Source: Candidatus Latescibacterota bacterium
GTDB lineage: Bacteria > Latescibacterota > UBA2968 > UBA8231
Length of the DNA stretch: 64,000 nucleotides
NCBI GenBank assembly: GCA_965217585.1
Contig: OZ244561.1
Location: 1,216,001 to 1,280,000, forward strand
Direction: 5' to 3'
Below the pieces are notes generated by a model. It ran no database searches. It saw only the letters and a program-made list of their open reading frames with translations, and was not told the origin of the DNA. Shown here piece after piece: positions 38,123 through 48,428 of this stretch; position 1 is the first letter of the stretch; each line of letters begins with the position of its first letter. The position numbers and the translations under genes were made by a program.

Positions 38123-38962
38123 ATGATGACGCCCGACCAACGCTACTTCTTCGATTTGACCGGCTACCTCCACCTGCGCGCCGTACTCAGCCCAGCGGAG
38201 CTCGCGCCTGCCCAAGCGGCGGCCGACCGCTACATCAACATGCCGCCCGCAGAGTGGCCGCCCGAATTCGGCGCGGACCTCGCGCGCCGCGACCTCACCG
38301 GCTATCAGCACGGCTTTGCCTTTGACAAAAGCCTCGAAGTGCTCACCCGGCATCCGGCGACTTGGCCGATCCTCATGGAACTCACCAACCGCCGGCCACG
38401 CCTCAACGGCGGCACCCTCGGCTATAACCGCCACGGCCACGGCTTCCACTACCTGCACGCCGGATGGCAACCCTCCAAACGGCCCGATGTGCGGCGCTAT
38501 TACCTCGAAGACGGCCAAGTCCGCTGCACGGATTTTATTTTCTTTTTTTACTTGAGCGATGTCTTGCCCGGCGACGGCGGCCTCATCATCTTGCCCGGCT
38601 CGCACAAGGCCCACTTCGACCGGCCCCAAGGAATGTTTTACCTAGGTGCCGAAGACGACAAGGACAAGGACTACGTCGCCGACACCGTGCCCCCGGGCGT
38701 CCACAATGTCTGCGCCCGCGCCGGCGACGTGGTCATCATGCCCGAGCACCTCATGCACGGCGCGCTCACCTGGAAGCCCCGCGACCGCGACCGCCGCTTC
38801 CTCATTCTGCGCTACAACGTCCAGCACATGCTCACCGGTCAGCGCCGCCCCTTTCCAGACGCCATCCGCCAGCGGCTCGACCCCGAGACCATCGACCTGC
38901 TCGAATTGGCCCCGTACTTCGAATACAAAGACATCGTCAAGCAGCGCGAAAACATCTCCTAG
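38123..38962 (+). CDS. Phytanoyl-CoA dioxygenase family protein
   Basis: YFFDLTGYL, LPGSHKA, AGDVVI..EHLMHG. Confidence 0.88.
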   Translation: MMTPDQRYFFDLTGYLHLRAVLSPAELAPAQAAADRYINMPPAEWPPEFGADLARRDLTGYQHGFAFDKSLEVLTRHPATWPILMELTNRRPRLNGGTLGYNRHGHGFHYLHAGWQPSKRPDVRRYYLEDGQVRCTDFIFFFYLSDVLPGDGGLIILPGSHKAHFDRPQGMFYLGAEDDKDKDYVADTVPPGVHNVCARAGDVVIMPEHLMHGALTWKPRDRDRRFLILRYNVQHMLTGQRRPFPDAIRQRLDPETIDLLELAPYFEYKDIVKQRENIS

Positions 38963-38979
38963 CCCTGCGAGCAAATTCC

Positions 38980-39759
38980 ATGGCATCACAGCCGATCTCG
39001 ACGCAAAACACCGAGCACCTGAGCTTCCGCGCCCGCGTCCCGGTCTTCGACGCCAACATCGGCGTCGGCCACTGCCACGACCGGCCCTCGCCGTTTGCCG
39101 ACGCCGCTGGCCTGCGGGCGGAAATGCAGCGCCACGGCGTGGAGCGCGGCTTGATCTACCACCTCCAAGGCGAAACCATCAGCGCGATTGAGGGCAACGA
39201 GGCCCTGCGCACTTGGCGTGGCGACGGCCTCGTCCCCCAATGGGTCGCCGGGCCGGGCGCGGATTCTTTGGCGCAACTGCGCGAGCTCCACGCCGCCGGC
39301 GAAGTCCGCAGCGTCCGCCTGCACAACACCGAGGCGTGCCGCGCCCCCTTTGCCGACTGGATCTACGGCGAGTTGCTCGCTTGGCTGGCGGCCGAGTGCA
39401 TCCCCCTGTGGCTGTCGCTGGCCGACACTCCGGTGGCCGAAGTTATGGAGACCTTGCGTCGCTTCCCGGATGTACAGGTAGTGCTCCTCGGCGCTCACTA
39501 CATGCATTCCCTCGCCTTGCGCCCCCTGCTCAGGGCACTGCCCCAAGCGGCGCTGGAGCTAAGCCGCTTTGAGAATCTGGGCGGCATCGAGGCTCTAATC
39601 GGCGAATTTGGCGTGGAGCGCTTCCTCTACGGCTCCTATTATCCGCGCTACGCCATGGGGCCAATGCTCTTTTACCTGCACCATTTGGCCATTGACGACG
39701 CCGCGCTCGCGGCTTTGACCGCGGGCAATCTAGAGCGCATTCTCGGAGGTGCCGCGTGA
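38980..39759 (+). CDS. Amidohydrolase-fold protein with degenerate metal site
   Basis: FDANIG instead of DxHxH; YGSYYP; GNLERIL. Confidence 0.75.
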   Translation: MASQPISTQNTEHLSFRARVPVFDANIGVGHCHDRPSPFADAAGLRAEMQRHGVERGLIYHLQGETISAIEGNEALRTWRGDGLVPQWVAGPGADSLAQLRELHAAGEVRSVRLHNTEACRAPFADWIYGELLAWLAAECIPLWLSLADTPVAEVMETLRRFPDVQVVLLGAHYMHSLALRPLLRALPQAALELSRFENLGGIEALIGEFGVERFLYGSYYPRYAMGPMLFYLHHLAIDDAALAALTAGNLERILGGAA

Positions 39760-40490
39760 TTATCGACTTTCACGGCCACGTAGGCCGTTGGGATGCCCTC
39801 GACATGGTCGATGACCCGACCGAGATGTTGCGCGCTATGGATGCGGTGGGGATCGACAAAAGCTGCGTCTTCAACATCTTCCATCCCGACGGCCAACCCG
39901 GCAACGACCAGACGGCGGCTTTCGTCGCCCGCCATCCCGATCGCTTCATTGGCTTTGCCTATGTGTGCCCCACCTGCCCCGACACCGTGCGGCCCGAGCT
40001 AGAAAGGGCCATCGACGAACTCGGGTTCCGGGCGATCAAAATCTACCCGCCCTATACGCCCTTTCCGCTCGACGACCCAGCTTGGGATCCAATCTACGAG
40101 TTTGCCGCTGAGCGCGGCCTCGCAGTCATAGCGCACACAGGCGGCGAGCCAACAGCCGCGCCCGCTCAGTTTGGCCGCGCGGCCGCGCGCTTCCCCAACG
40201 CCCGCTTCGTCGCCGGCCACTCCGGCAACATCGAGCCGTATCGCGGCCAAGCCATTGCCGCGGCCCAGCGCTTGCCCAACTACTTCCTCGAAACCTGCTC
40301 GACCTTCCGCACCCCGGGCGTCGTCGAAGAGCTGGTGGCCAAGGCCGGGGCCGATCGCGTCCTTTTCGGCTCGGATACGCCCTTGATGGACCCCCGCCCC
40401 CAGCTCGGCAAGATCATCACCGCAGCCATTGACAGCGACGCCAAGCGCCTCATCCTCGGCGAGAACGCCCGCGGCCTGCTCGGGCTATAA
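39756..40490 (+). CDS. Amidohydrolase (Amidohydro_2)
   Basis: IDFHGH, AHTG, GHSG, LFGSD, ILGENA; GTGA-coupled to the upstream gene. Confidence 0.9.
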   Translation: MIIDFHGHVGRWDALDMVDDPTEMLRAMDAVGIDKSCVFNIFHPDGQPGNDQTAAFVARHPDRFIGFAYVCPTCPDTVRPELERAIDELGFRAIKIYPPYTPFPLDDPAWDPIYEFAAERGLAVIAHTGGEPTAAPAQFGRAAARFPNARFVAGHSGNIEPYRGQAIAAAQRLPNYFLETCSTFRTPGVVEELVAKAGADRVLFGSDTPLMDPRPQLGKIITAAIDSDAKRLILGENARGLLGL

Positions 40491-40493
40491 GAC

Positions 40494-40532
40494 GCAAAAA
40501 GCCCGCCTGCCACAGGGGCAAGCGGGCTGTTG
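40494..40532. terminator. Intrinsic terminator between convergent genes
   Basis: aaaaagcccgc...gcgggct hairpin with T-run on the minus strand. Confidence 0.65.
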
Positions 40533-40553
40533 CAAGGGGTGCGGAACCGGGTA

Positions 40554-41486
40554 TTACTGCTGGTACTGGTGCTTAATCCGGCCCCAACTCTGCGCTTCAA
40601 CCGCAGTCGGCTCGCCCCAATCAATGGTGTCGTCCATGGGGGAGATGAGCAGGTCCTGCGAAGAGTGACAACAGCTCGTCGGCGTCGTCGCCCACATGCC
40701 GACGCGGTTGTCGGCATCGCCGGCACTGTCGTCCACGTCGCTGACGAAAATCGAAAAGCCGATCACTTCGCCCGCGGTCAGGTCGTGCTCAATCACCTGA
40801 TCTTCGGTGATGTTCTCCTCGGTGGGCTTGGGATACGAATCAATGGCAATCGTGCGGAACTCGTAGATATACGTGCTCTCGCCGTACTCTTCGCCCTCGA
40901 AGCTATAGGTGCAGTAGTACCAACGGCTGCCATTGGACAACAGCGTCGGGTTTTCGACGTCGGCGCTACTGACCGCAGCCGTCTGCAGGGCTGGGCCGAA
41001 ATTGCCGTTGAGCGGCGGGAACGCGAACGAGTACTTGTGGTGCGTTATCACGTCTTCGGGCTTGGGCAAGTAGTCGTGCCGCGGATTGAACTCGATCTCA
41101 ATGCTGTCGTCCCACCAATAGGAGCCTAAGTCTTGGCGGGTAATCGTGTGCTTGTTATCGAATATCTTCGTCGTCACGTAGATCTCATTACGCGAGTCAT
41201 TCCAGCCCAAAATGTGGCGAATCTGCATCGAAGCCGGATCCATGCCGCCGCGCGGCACGTCGTCGCCAGCGAAGCCATGCACCGAAAAGAGCCTCGCGCT
41301 GGGAATGGCGTACACTTCGAGCGGCACCGCCGACCAATCGTCGTCAAATCCGTCGATGTTCGGCACATTGGCATCGGGGAACTGCACGGCGAGGAAGACC
41401 TCGCCCGGGGGCTCGTGCGCCCCAGCGGCTAGCGCAAAGGCCAATAGGGCAATTGCCGTCAGGCCACAGGTAAAAAGGCGTTTCAT
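40554..41486 (-). CDS. Secreted CBM9/DOMON-like protein with TAVEAQSWGRIK tail
   Basis: Signal peptide, PNIDG..DDW, DDSIEI, IGFSIFVSDVD; RBS aaggagg. Confidence 0.65.
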   Translation of the reverse strand: MKRLFTCGLTAIALLAFALAAGAHEPPGEVFLAVQFPDANVPNIDGFDDDWSAVPLEVYAIPSARLFSVHGFAGDDVPRGGMDPASMQIRHILGWNDSRNEIYVTTKIFDNKHTITRQDLGSYWWDDSIEIEFNPRHDYLPKPEDVITHHKYSFAFPPLNGNFGPALQTAAVSSADVENPTLLSNGSRWYYCTYSFEGEEYGESTYIYEFRTIAIDSYPKPTEENITEDQVIEHDLTAGEVIGFSIFVSDVDDSAGDADNRVGMWATTPTSCCHSSQDLLISPMDDTIDWGEPTAVEAQSWGRIKHQYQQ

Positions 41487-41563
41487 AACTACCTCCTTGG
41501 GGGTAGGTGGACGATGAACGATGAATTGCAAATGTAGTCAAATGCCCCGCCAAATACAACCAA

Positions 41564-44290
41564 CTATTGCAAGCCGGCGTATAGCGTGACAAAGGTCTCG
41601 GTCGTCGTTGCGGCCTCTGCTTCCGCAAACGCCTTGCGCTCTACCACAAAGCCGGCCAACGCCTGGATCCGGTAGCCCAAATAGGCCGACTCGGTCGCCA
41701 ACTGCAAGGCCCAGCTCAGGGAGTCGAAATCCTCCATATTGCGGTCGAAGTCGTTGAACAGCGCGTACTCGACACCGGCCTGTACCCGCGTGGCCTGCAA
41801 TAGTTGCGTCTCCAAAAGCAGCGAGAACAACTCCATCAGCGTCGTGCGCTCCTCCTGGTCAAACAGCGACCGGCTCTGCTGGCGCCACTCGCTCTTCCAG
41901 CGCGGCGCTAGGGTCAACCCGCGCCAAGAGCGGCGATAGCTGGCCTTGTTGACTAAGCCTACGAAAAAATCCGCCGCATCGCGCTGCCGCGGCGCAAAGA
42001 AGACCCCGTGCAGCTTGCTCATCACCAACAGCGCGTCGCTGGTCAGGCTATGGCCGACGAATAGCTGGTGGACCCAAGCATCGCGCGCCAACAGCGGATC
42101 GTCGATGTGCACGAGCTTGCCGCCGCGCAGGGTGTTGTCTGGCTGCCACTGCAAAATTGGATCGGGAATATCGTCTTGCACCAACTGGCTCATCTCAAAG
42201 AGCCGCACCCGACCCACCCGCGGCCACGCCCGCTCGTAGCCTAGCTGCACATACGTGCTGTGGTTTTTGCGATCTGCCGAAATCTGCTCCTCGCGCAAGG
42301 CCCCCACCTTGAGCTGCCAGTGCTGGCTCAGGCCGATGCCCCCATAGACGTTGAAGCCTTGTTGATCGCGGCGATAGGGGTAGTCCGGCTCGGTGTCGTT
42401 TTCGTATAAATCGACCCAGAAGTTGTGGTTCATATCTACGCCGAAGAGGAACTCCGGCCGATCGACCAAGAAGCGGAGGAAAGGCTCCTCGTAATCCGGA
42501 ATGGCGTTGGCCTTGACCCGGTTGTCGTTTTGGTTGAAGTCGGGCACCAAGTCGTTGTTGAGGTCCCAGCCGGGGAAGACCAAGCGGTCGTTTACCAAAA
42601 AATCCGCGCGGAACCCATCGGGGAAGCGGTCTTGATCGTCGTTGTCTTCCACTAAGTCAAAGCGGTTGCCCTGCCGGGCGTAATCGAGGCCCGAGGTCGT
42701 GGTGACAAAGGACTGGGTGTTGTAGCGCGGGTCAATCGAATACACTTCCCCAAACAGCGACAGCCGCCCCAAGTGCTTGCTCAAGTTCGCCATCCACGCC
42801 GGTGCGCTGGGCCGGTCGCCAATACCCGCCGAGGAAGTGTGCGTCTCCTCGGCGACATTGGGATACTTGCGAAAACTCCAGCTCAAGTCGTATTCGCCAT
42901 ACAGATCGAAGCCAAGCACGTCTTCCACCTTGAGCGTGGCCCCGGCGACCGCCGTAGCCGTCGGCAGCCCGTAGGCAAAGCGGACCGTGCGCAGATTGGA
43001 TATGTCCTGCACATTGCCCTCGGCCTGCGCCACCATCAAGAAGACCGGATCCTCCACATCCGCCCCGAATACGTCGCCCAAGCTAATGCTGCGCTCGCCC
43101 GTCCAACTAAACGAGCTCGATGGCCGACCAACCGTTACAAAGCCGCCGCCCTCCCCCAACTGCTGGTCCGAGCTCATCCAGATCTGGTAGTCGTTGGCCA
43201 GCACGAGGCGAAATTCCACCGCCGCGATCTCGGACTTATCGGCCGAGGCGCGGTTGACAAACGACGCGCTGTCGAAGTCGTAGAGCAGGCTGATTTGCCC
43301 GTCGCCATCGGCGGTGAGAAACCCCTGCCGCTCTAAGCCACCGCTGATCACCGGGCCAAAGCGGATGTCGCGGCCCGACTCCACCGTGCCGTCGCGGTAG
43401 GTGATAATCACGTCCGAGGCATCAGGAAAGAACGCGGCACCGCCACTGCCGTCTTCCGGCGAGTCGTCCCGCAAGGCGATCGCGATCTGGGAAATGGTTT
43501 CGTTCTGCTGCTCGTTCAGTCCGCCTTTGTACAGGGTTTCTACGAGTTGATCCGACTCGCTGTTGGTCTGGTGGACGTTGACCGCATGTACGCCCAACTC
43601 CACGAAATCCCCTAGCTGGGCCGTGAACCGCCCTCCCACGAGAGAAGTTGCGTCCGTAAAGCGGCTCTCCTCCACCTGCAAGCCGCGCGGACCGGTGACC
43701 AGCGAGTGGAGAAAGGTCAGTTGGTATTTGTCGGTGGCGAGGTCAATCTGCATGCCGTTCAGGCGCGGCTTGGAAAACGCCAGCGGCGTCAGGGTCGTCC
43801 GCAGGTTGTTGCTCACCGTCAGCGCGTAGTGATATTGGCCCTTGTGATCGCCGGCGATGACCAGCTCGTTGAACCACTGCGCAAACCGCGCGGTCTTGAA
43901 CAGGGAGCTACCGGCCTCCTCGGGCCGCCTCTGCGCCGTGTTGAAGATCAGCCAGCCCTGAGTCAGGTAGTTCCCGTATAGATCGTAGAAGTAATCGCCC
44001 TCCAAGTCGATGTTCACGTAGCGCTGATACGGCAGCCGCGCACGGTTGGTGTACTCCCACTGCCGCCACGGGTATTCGGCGAACATCACCTGCGGCACGT
44101 ACCAGCGCCGCAGGGCCGGGTCGAGGGCGTCGAGGTACACCTCCGGGCTTTGCGCTACTTCCCGTTGCAATCCCAGGCGGCCACCATAGGCCCCGTCGGC
44201 CAGGGCGAGGGCGAGCAACGCGGCGCAGAAGGCAAACGTCCGCCGGGGGTGTGCAGACAGCTTCTTACAGTGAGTAGCCCTAGTCAACAT
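41564..44290 (-). CDS. Large (~908 aa) putative outer-membrane protein, paralog 1
   Basis: Signal peptide, DNDDQD/DxNxD acidic repeats, amphipathic beta-strands ending VTLYAGLQ. Confidence 0.7.
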   Translation of the reverse strand: MLTRATHCKKLSAHPRRTFAFCAALLALALADGAYGGRLGLQREVAQSPEVYLDALDPALRRWYVPQVMFAEYPWRQWEYTNRARLPYQRYVNIDLEGDYFYDLYGNYLTQGWLIFNTAQRRPEEAGSSLFKTARFAQWFNELVIAGDHKGQYHYALTVSNNLRTTLTPLAFSKPRLNGMQIDLATDKYQLTFLHSLVTGPRGLQVEESRFTDATSLVGGRFTAQLGDFVELGVHAVNVHQTNSESDQLVETLYKGGLNEQQNETISQIAIALRDDSPEDGSGGAAFFPDASDVIITYRDGTVESGRDIRFGPVISGGLERQGFLTADGDGQISLLYDFDSASFVNRASADKSEIAAVEFRLVLANDYQIWMSSDQQLGEGGGFVTVGRPSSSFSWTGERSISLGDVFGADVEDPVFLMVAQAEGNVQDISNLRTVRFAYGLPTATAVAGATLKVEDVLGFDLYGEYDLSWSFRKYPNVAEETHTSSAGIGDRPSAPAWMANLSKHLGRLSLFGEVYSIDPRYNTQSFVTTTSGLDYARQGNRFDLVEDNDDQDRFPDGFRADFLVNDRLVFPGWDLNNDLVPDFNQNDNRVKANAIPDYEEPFLRFLVDRPEFLFGVDMNHNFWVDLYENDTEPDYPYRRDQQGFNVYGGIGLSQHWQLKVGALREEQISADRKNHSTYVQLGYERAWPRVGRVRLFEMSQLVQDDIPDPILQWQPDNTLRGGKLVHIDDPLLARDAWVHQLFVGHSLTSDALLVMSKLHGVFFAPRQRDAADFFVGLVNKASYRRSWRGLTLAPRWKSEWRQQSRSLFDQEERTTLMELFSLLLETQLLQATRVQAGVEYALFNDFDRNMEDFDSLSWALQLATESAYLGYRIQALAGFVVERKAFAEAEAATTTETFVTLYAGLQ

Positions 44291-44303
44291 CAAATTCTCC
44301 AAC

Positions 44304-46379
44304 CTAATACGCCACGCCCACCGCGCCATTGGCCACTTCGCGGCCCTCGTCGGTGTCCCAATCGAGTTGATAGAGGTACATGCCGGGCGGCACGAGTGCG
44401 CCCTTTTCGTCGCGCCCATTCCAAGTTTGGGCAAAGCTGCCGCTGCCAGTGTTTGCCGCAATTTGGCGCACCAGCCGGCCGGACAGGTCGTAGATCCGCA
44501 AGCGGATCTGCCGCCGGCTCTCCAAGTCGCGCAATTCGTAGGCAATCGCCACTTGGTCGTTGACGCCGTCGCCGTTGGGCGTAAAGGTCGCTGGCGTGGC
44601 CTGCACGCTGCGGATGAGGCCGCCGCCCATGGGCGTGCGCACCGATACTACGTCGCCGCCAAAGCGGAACGTCGCGTTGCCCGGGGCGACCTGCTGCTTG
44701 AGCTCGGGTTCGGCGCTGTCGTACACCCAGCTTCTAAAGTCTGCGCCAAAGCGCAAGACCTTGGCGTCGAAGACCACCTCAATCCGCTTCTCGTTGTCGC
44801 GCGGCCCCACCAAGCGGTCGAACGCGACGATCAGGCGGTCGTCTTGGATCTCGGGCGGGAAGCGGTCGCTGATCTCCTCGCCGTCGATGAGCACCGAATG
44901 CACTCGTTCCACCGGGATCTGAGTGAAAATCTCCAGCCGATCAAAGCCCAAGTCGCTGGCGCGCAAGACCGGGCGCACCACATAGGTGAAGGTTTCGGCC
45001 GCGAAGCTCTGCGTGGCGATCGGCCAAATCTCTCCAACCACTTCTTGGGCCACTGGATCCTCGGAAAACAGCAGCGACATGTTGTCGATGCGCGGGGCCG
45101 CGTCGCCGCTGGCGAACAGGATGGCCTCTAGCTGGAAGTAGCGCGCTGGACTCGGCGACAGCACGGGCGTGCCGTCCTGCCACAAATCCGCCGGCATTGC
45201 GATCTGCCGCAGCCCCGCCGCAAACTCATAGGGGGCCGACCAGAGGCTCCAATTTTCTAGGTCGTAACCCAATTCCACGTCGTTCCACCGCCGCCGGCCG
45301 AGCTGGGTCAGGTATGCGTCGAGGGTCGATGCTTCGAGGGTGCCGGTCGGGCCGATGGTGCGGTAGATGTTGGGCTGCGGCGTGTTGCCCGTGCGGGTGC
45401 GGAGCAAAAGTTTGGTCCCCTCGGGTACCTCGCCTTGCCAGCGAATTTTGCTCCAGGCGACCTCGCGGCCAAAATCCATGATCGGGGTGCGGTAGGTCGT
45501 CCGGGTCACAAAGCCCTCGCCATAGACTTCGAGTTCGGCGATCTCCCAGTCGCGCTCGGGGTCGAGCGGGCGAATGGCAATCCACTTGAGGTCGCGGGTG
45601 GGGAAGCGCAAATCCACCACCACGTCGAGGCTCTCGCGATTGCGCGCCAAGATGTCAAAGGCTGGGTCGTTGGGCGCGCCCAAGGCCGCGTCGATAACCA
45701 TGTACCAGCGCTTGCCGCGCTGGCTGCGGTCGAAGTTGCTGTCCCAAAACGGCCCGGTGTGGTCGGCCACGCCGATTTCGTACCAAGCCAAATAGTTGTC
45801 CTCAAACCCGGGCCGGGGGAAGAAGCGGATGCGATTGATGGGCAGCTCGGCCCCCAAGTGCAGGACGTTGTTTTTGACCACTCCGGGGTTGTTGCGGCCG
45901 GCCAAGCGCGGCGGCTCGGGCACCCTCACTAGCATGGCGGTCGTCGGATCGTTGTCGATGAGAAACTGCAAGGGCTGGGAGTCGGTTACCAAGTGCGTAT
46001 GGCCGTAAATGCTGGCCGTGTAAAAGTGCCCTTGGCGCTCCTTGAGCGACAGCGCCAGATTTTCGCCCGGGTCGATGTACACCGGGCGCAGGCCACCGTC
46101 GGCAAAGTCGATCAGCGTATCGACGCCCGCGGTGTTGAAGCGCACACTGACCTCATCGGCGACCGCGCCAATGGTCACCTCCTCGACGATGCCGCCCTCG
46201 GCGTCGAGCAGCACGTACGCAGCCGTCTGCTCGGCGACCAGTGCCTGCCAAGAATTGCCATCCGCGCCGCCGAGGCGGAACTCGCCGCGGCCCCACGCAC
46301 TGGCGGTCCAAGCCACGGCCAGCACCGCGCTCAGCCAGCCCATCCGCTCTATCCTATTCAGCACGACGTCTCCTTTCAT
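44304..46379 (-). CDS. Secreted protein with discoidin-like domain and FlgD Ig-like C-terminus
   Basis: INRIRFFPR, EIAELEVYGEGF, FTPNGDGVND, WNGRD..G..VPPGMY. Confidence 0.8.
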   Translation of the reverse strand: MKGDVVLNRIERMGWLSAVLAVAWTASAWGRGEFRLGGADGNSWQALVAEQTAAYVLLDAEGGIVEEVTIGAVADEVSVRFNTAGVDTLIDFADGGLRPVYIDPGENLALSLKERQGHFYTASIYGHTHLVTDSQPLQFLIDNDPTTAMLVRVPEPPRLAGRNNPGVVKNNVLHLGAELPINRIRFFPRPGFEDNYLAWYEIGVADHTGPFWDSNFDRSQRGKRWYMVIDAALGAPNDPAFDILARNRESLDVVVDLRFPTRDLKWIAIRPLDPERDWEIAELEVYGEGFVTRTTYRTPIMDFGREVAWSKIRWQGEVPEGTKLLLRTRTGNTPQPNIYRTIGPTGTLEASTLDAYLTQLGRRRWNDVELGYDLENWSLWSAPYEFAAGLRQIAMPADLWQDGTPVLSPSPARYFQLEAILFASGDAAPRIDNMSLLFSEDPVAQEVVGEIWPIATQSFAAETFTYVVRPVLRASDLGFDRLEIFTQIPVERVHSVLIDGEEISDRFPPEIQDDRLIVAFDRLVGPRDNEKRIEVVFDAKVLRFGADFRSWVYDSAEPELKQQVAPGNATFRFGGDVVSVRTPMGGGLIRSVQATPATFTPNGDGVNDQVAIAYELRDLESRRQIRLRIYDLSGRLVRQIAANTGSGSFAQTWNGRDEKGALVPPGMYLYQLDWDTDEGREVANGAVGVAY

Positions 46380-48428
46380 TCAGTACGCCACACACAGGGT
46401 CCGCACTGTCTGCCCGTTGCGCGCATCCCCTTGCACCTCGGTCCGCACCAAGTAGATGCCGGGGGGGACGCGCTGGCCCCGCTCATCTGTACCGTCCCAA
46501 TGCACGGCGTCGTACACGCCGTTTTGCCCCTCGGCCTCAAAGAGGCGGAGCACCCGCCGACCCCCTAAATCCCACAGGTCGATCACAATCCGCGCTTTGC
46601 CGATAACCGCCAGCACCTCAAAGTTCACGTCGAGGACATCGTTCACCCCGTCCCCATTGGGCGTCAAGACTTCGCTGCCGAGGGCGAAGTGGCCGATCAA
46701 GCTGCCCTGGTTCACCGCCCGGCTCAGCACCGTCGTCCCCGATTCGGTCGCCACGTCGCCTTCTGCCAAGAGGGCCGCGTTGCCTTGAGTAATGCCCTGA
46801 AAGGCATCCTCCTCTAGCAGCAGGGCGCGGCCGCCAAAGCGAGTGCTAAAGGCCAGCACCCGGCTGACGAAGTGGATTTTCAGCACGGCGTCGTGCTGGT
46901 TTATGGCTGGGAAACTTACCGCAAAGCGCTGGTCGTCAATGGCGGTGATGGCGACCTCGCCTTCGGTTGTGATCCCATCGGCGACCGCAAAGGCGTGATT
47001 GAGCATCTGTTGGCCACTGGCGTCGATAATCTCGATCCGCTCGACGCGACCCACGCGACTCGGCGTAAACACCTCAAAGCTGTTGAAACCCTGCACGTAA
47101 TCGCTCTCCATCACCGCCCGCACCGCGTACACAAAGGGCACGTCCGCCGCGGCCGGGACCTCGCGGGGAAAGATCTCGCCGATGAGCGCATCGGCTAGCG
47201 GCGGCGCGGAAAATTCGAGGGCGATCTGCTGGAGTATGTGGCTCGCTTCCAAGTGCTGGCTCTGGAATTCCACGCGAAATTGGAAGTAGCGGCTGGGGCC
47301 AGGCGAGAGAATCTGCGTGCCCGCAGCCAGCTCCTCCAGCGCATAAGGCGAGGTCCACGGGCTCCAATTCGCCAAGTCGTCGCGCACTGAGCCGCGCTCC
47401 CAATCGTCGCCCTGACGCCCGCGCTCGGGCAGCTTTAAGTACTCTTTGCGCAGCAACGGCTCGCCCGGATTGTCCACGGACAACGGGATCTCTGGGGCGT
47501 CTTGCAGAGCCACTTGCCTGCGGGTGTACGCCAAGGGACTGGGGTCGTGACCGCTGCGGGTGCGCAACTGCATGTCGGCCATGTCCGCAGCGCCTACTTG
47601 CTGCTGCAAGGTGCGGATGAGGCCCCAATTGGCCGGGCTGCCCATGTCGATGATCGGCGAGATATAGCGCGCCGTCGGAAAGAACCCCTCGCCAAAAACC
47701 TGGAGCTTCTCGATCTCAAAGGGAATGGCCGACATGGCCCGCAGGCGGATGAAGCGGATGTAGCGCGGCGGGTCGATGAGCACTTCGGTGATCCGGTCGC
47801 TGTTGTCGTCGCGCACGGCATAGGTTTCCCAAATCGGGTTGCCCGAACTGGTCAGCACCAAGCCGTCGTTGATCTCCACTTCAAAGTTTTTCAAAAAGTC
47901 GTTTTGAAAAGGAGTGCCGGGCGAGGGAAAGACCGTGTTGCGCGGGAAGAAGCGCACCCGATTGACCCCAAAGCGCGCACCTAAGTCGAGAATGACCTGG
48001 GTCCCCAAAATGTCGTCTTCTTTGCGCTCGAATGCCTGCCCGGTCGGATCGGCCGCGAGCATGTCCTCGAAAATCACCTGGAGCTGCAAGGCGGTCAGGT
48101 CGAAGACGGTCGGTGCGCGCAGCGAGCCGCCGCGCTCCAGCACCTCTGTGGCCAAGTTCTGCTCGGCACCCACCCGCCGCGGCAGGATGCTGCCCGGAAA
48201 ATCCGCGCTTTTAAACTCGATCAAATCGGCCGGCGCATGGCCTATTTCGGTGACGTTGGGGTCGAGAAAGGAGCGGTGCTCGGGCTTGATCGTCGAGATA
48301 TCCTCGGCCCCTTCGACCCGCCCGGTCCACGAGATTTGCCCGTCCTGCCCGATGAGCAGGACTTGTCGGGCCGCTAGCGGTTGCACTAAGCACGCCGTTA
48401 GAACCCCCACCAACAACGCGGCTTTCAT
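46380..48428 (-). CDS. Secreted protein with discoidin-like domain and FlgD Ig-like C-terminus
   Basis: LDLGARFGVNRVRFFPR, TPNGDGVND, WDGTD..G..VPPGIY. Confidence 0.8.
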   Translation of the reverse strand: MKAALLVGVLTACLVQPLAARQVLLIGQDGQISWTGRVEGAEDISTIKPEHRSFLDPNVTEIGHAPADLIEFKSADFPGSILPRRVGAEQNLATEVLERGGSLRAPTVFDLTALQLQVIFEDMLAADPTGQAFERKEDDILGTQVILDLGARFGVNRVRFFPRNTVFPSPGTPFQNDFLKNFEVEINDGLVLTSSGNPIWETYAVRDDNSDRITEVLIDPPRYIRFIRLRAMSAIPFEIEKLQVFGEGFFPTARYISPIIDMGSPANWGLIRTLQQQVGAADMADMQLRTRSGHDPSPLAYTRRQVALQDAPEIPLSVDNPGEPLLRKEYLKLPERGRQGDDWERGSVRDDLANWSPWTSPYALEELAAGTQILSPGPSRYFQFRVEFQSQHLEASHILQQIALEFSAPPLADALIGEIFPREVPAAADVPFVYAVRAVMESDYVQGFNSFEVFTPSRVGRVERIEIIDASGQQMLNHAFAVADGITTEGEVAITAIDDQRFAVSFPAINQHDAVLKIHFVSRVLAFSTRFGGRALLLEEDAFQGITQGNAALLAEGDVATESGTTVLSRAVNQGSLIGHFALGSEVLTPNGDGVNDVLDVNFEVLAVIGKARIVIDLWDLGGRRVLRLFEAEGQNGVYDAVHWDGTDERGQRVPPGIYLVRTEVQGDARNGQTVRTLCVAY

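Noticed and set aside
44291-44545. N-terminal extensions in the ORF track (also 3727, 11035, 35962, 38464, 58405, 60705)
   Set aside because: They overlap neighbouring genes; better starts with RBS exist downstream.
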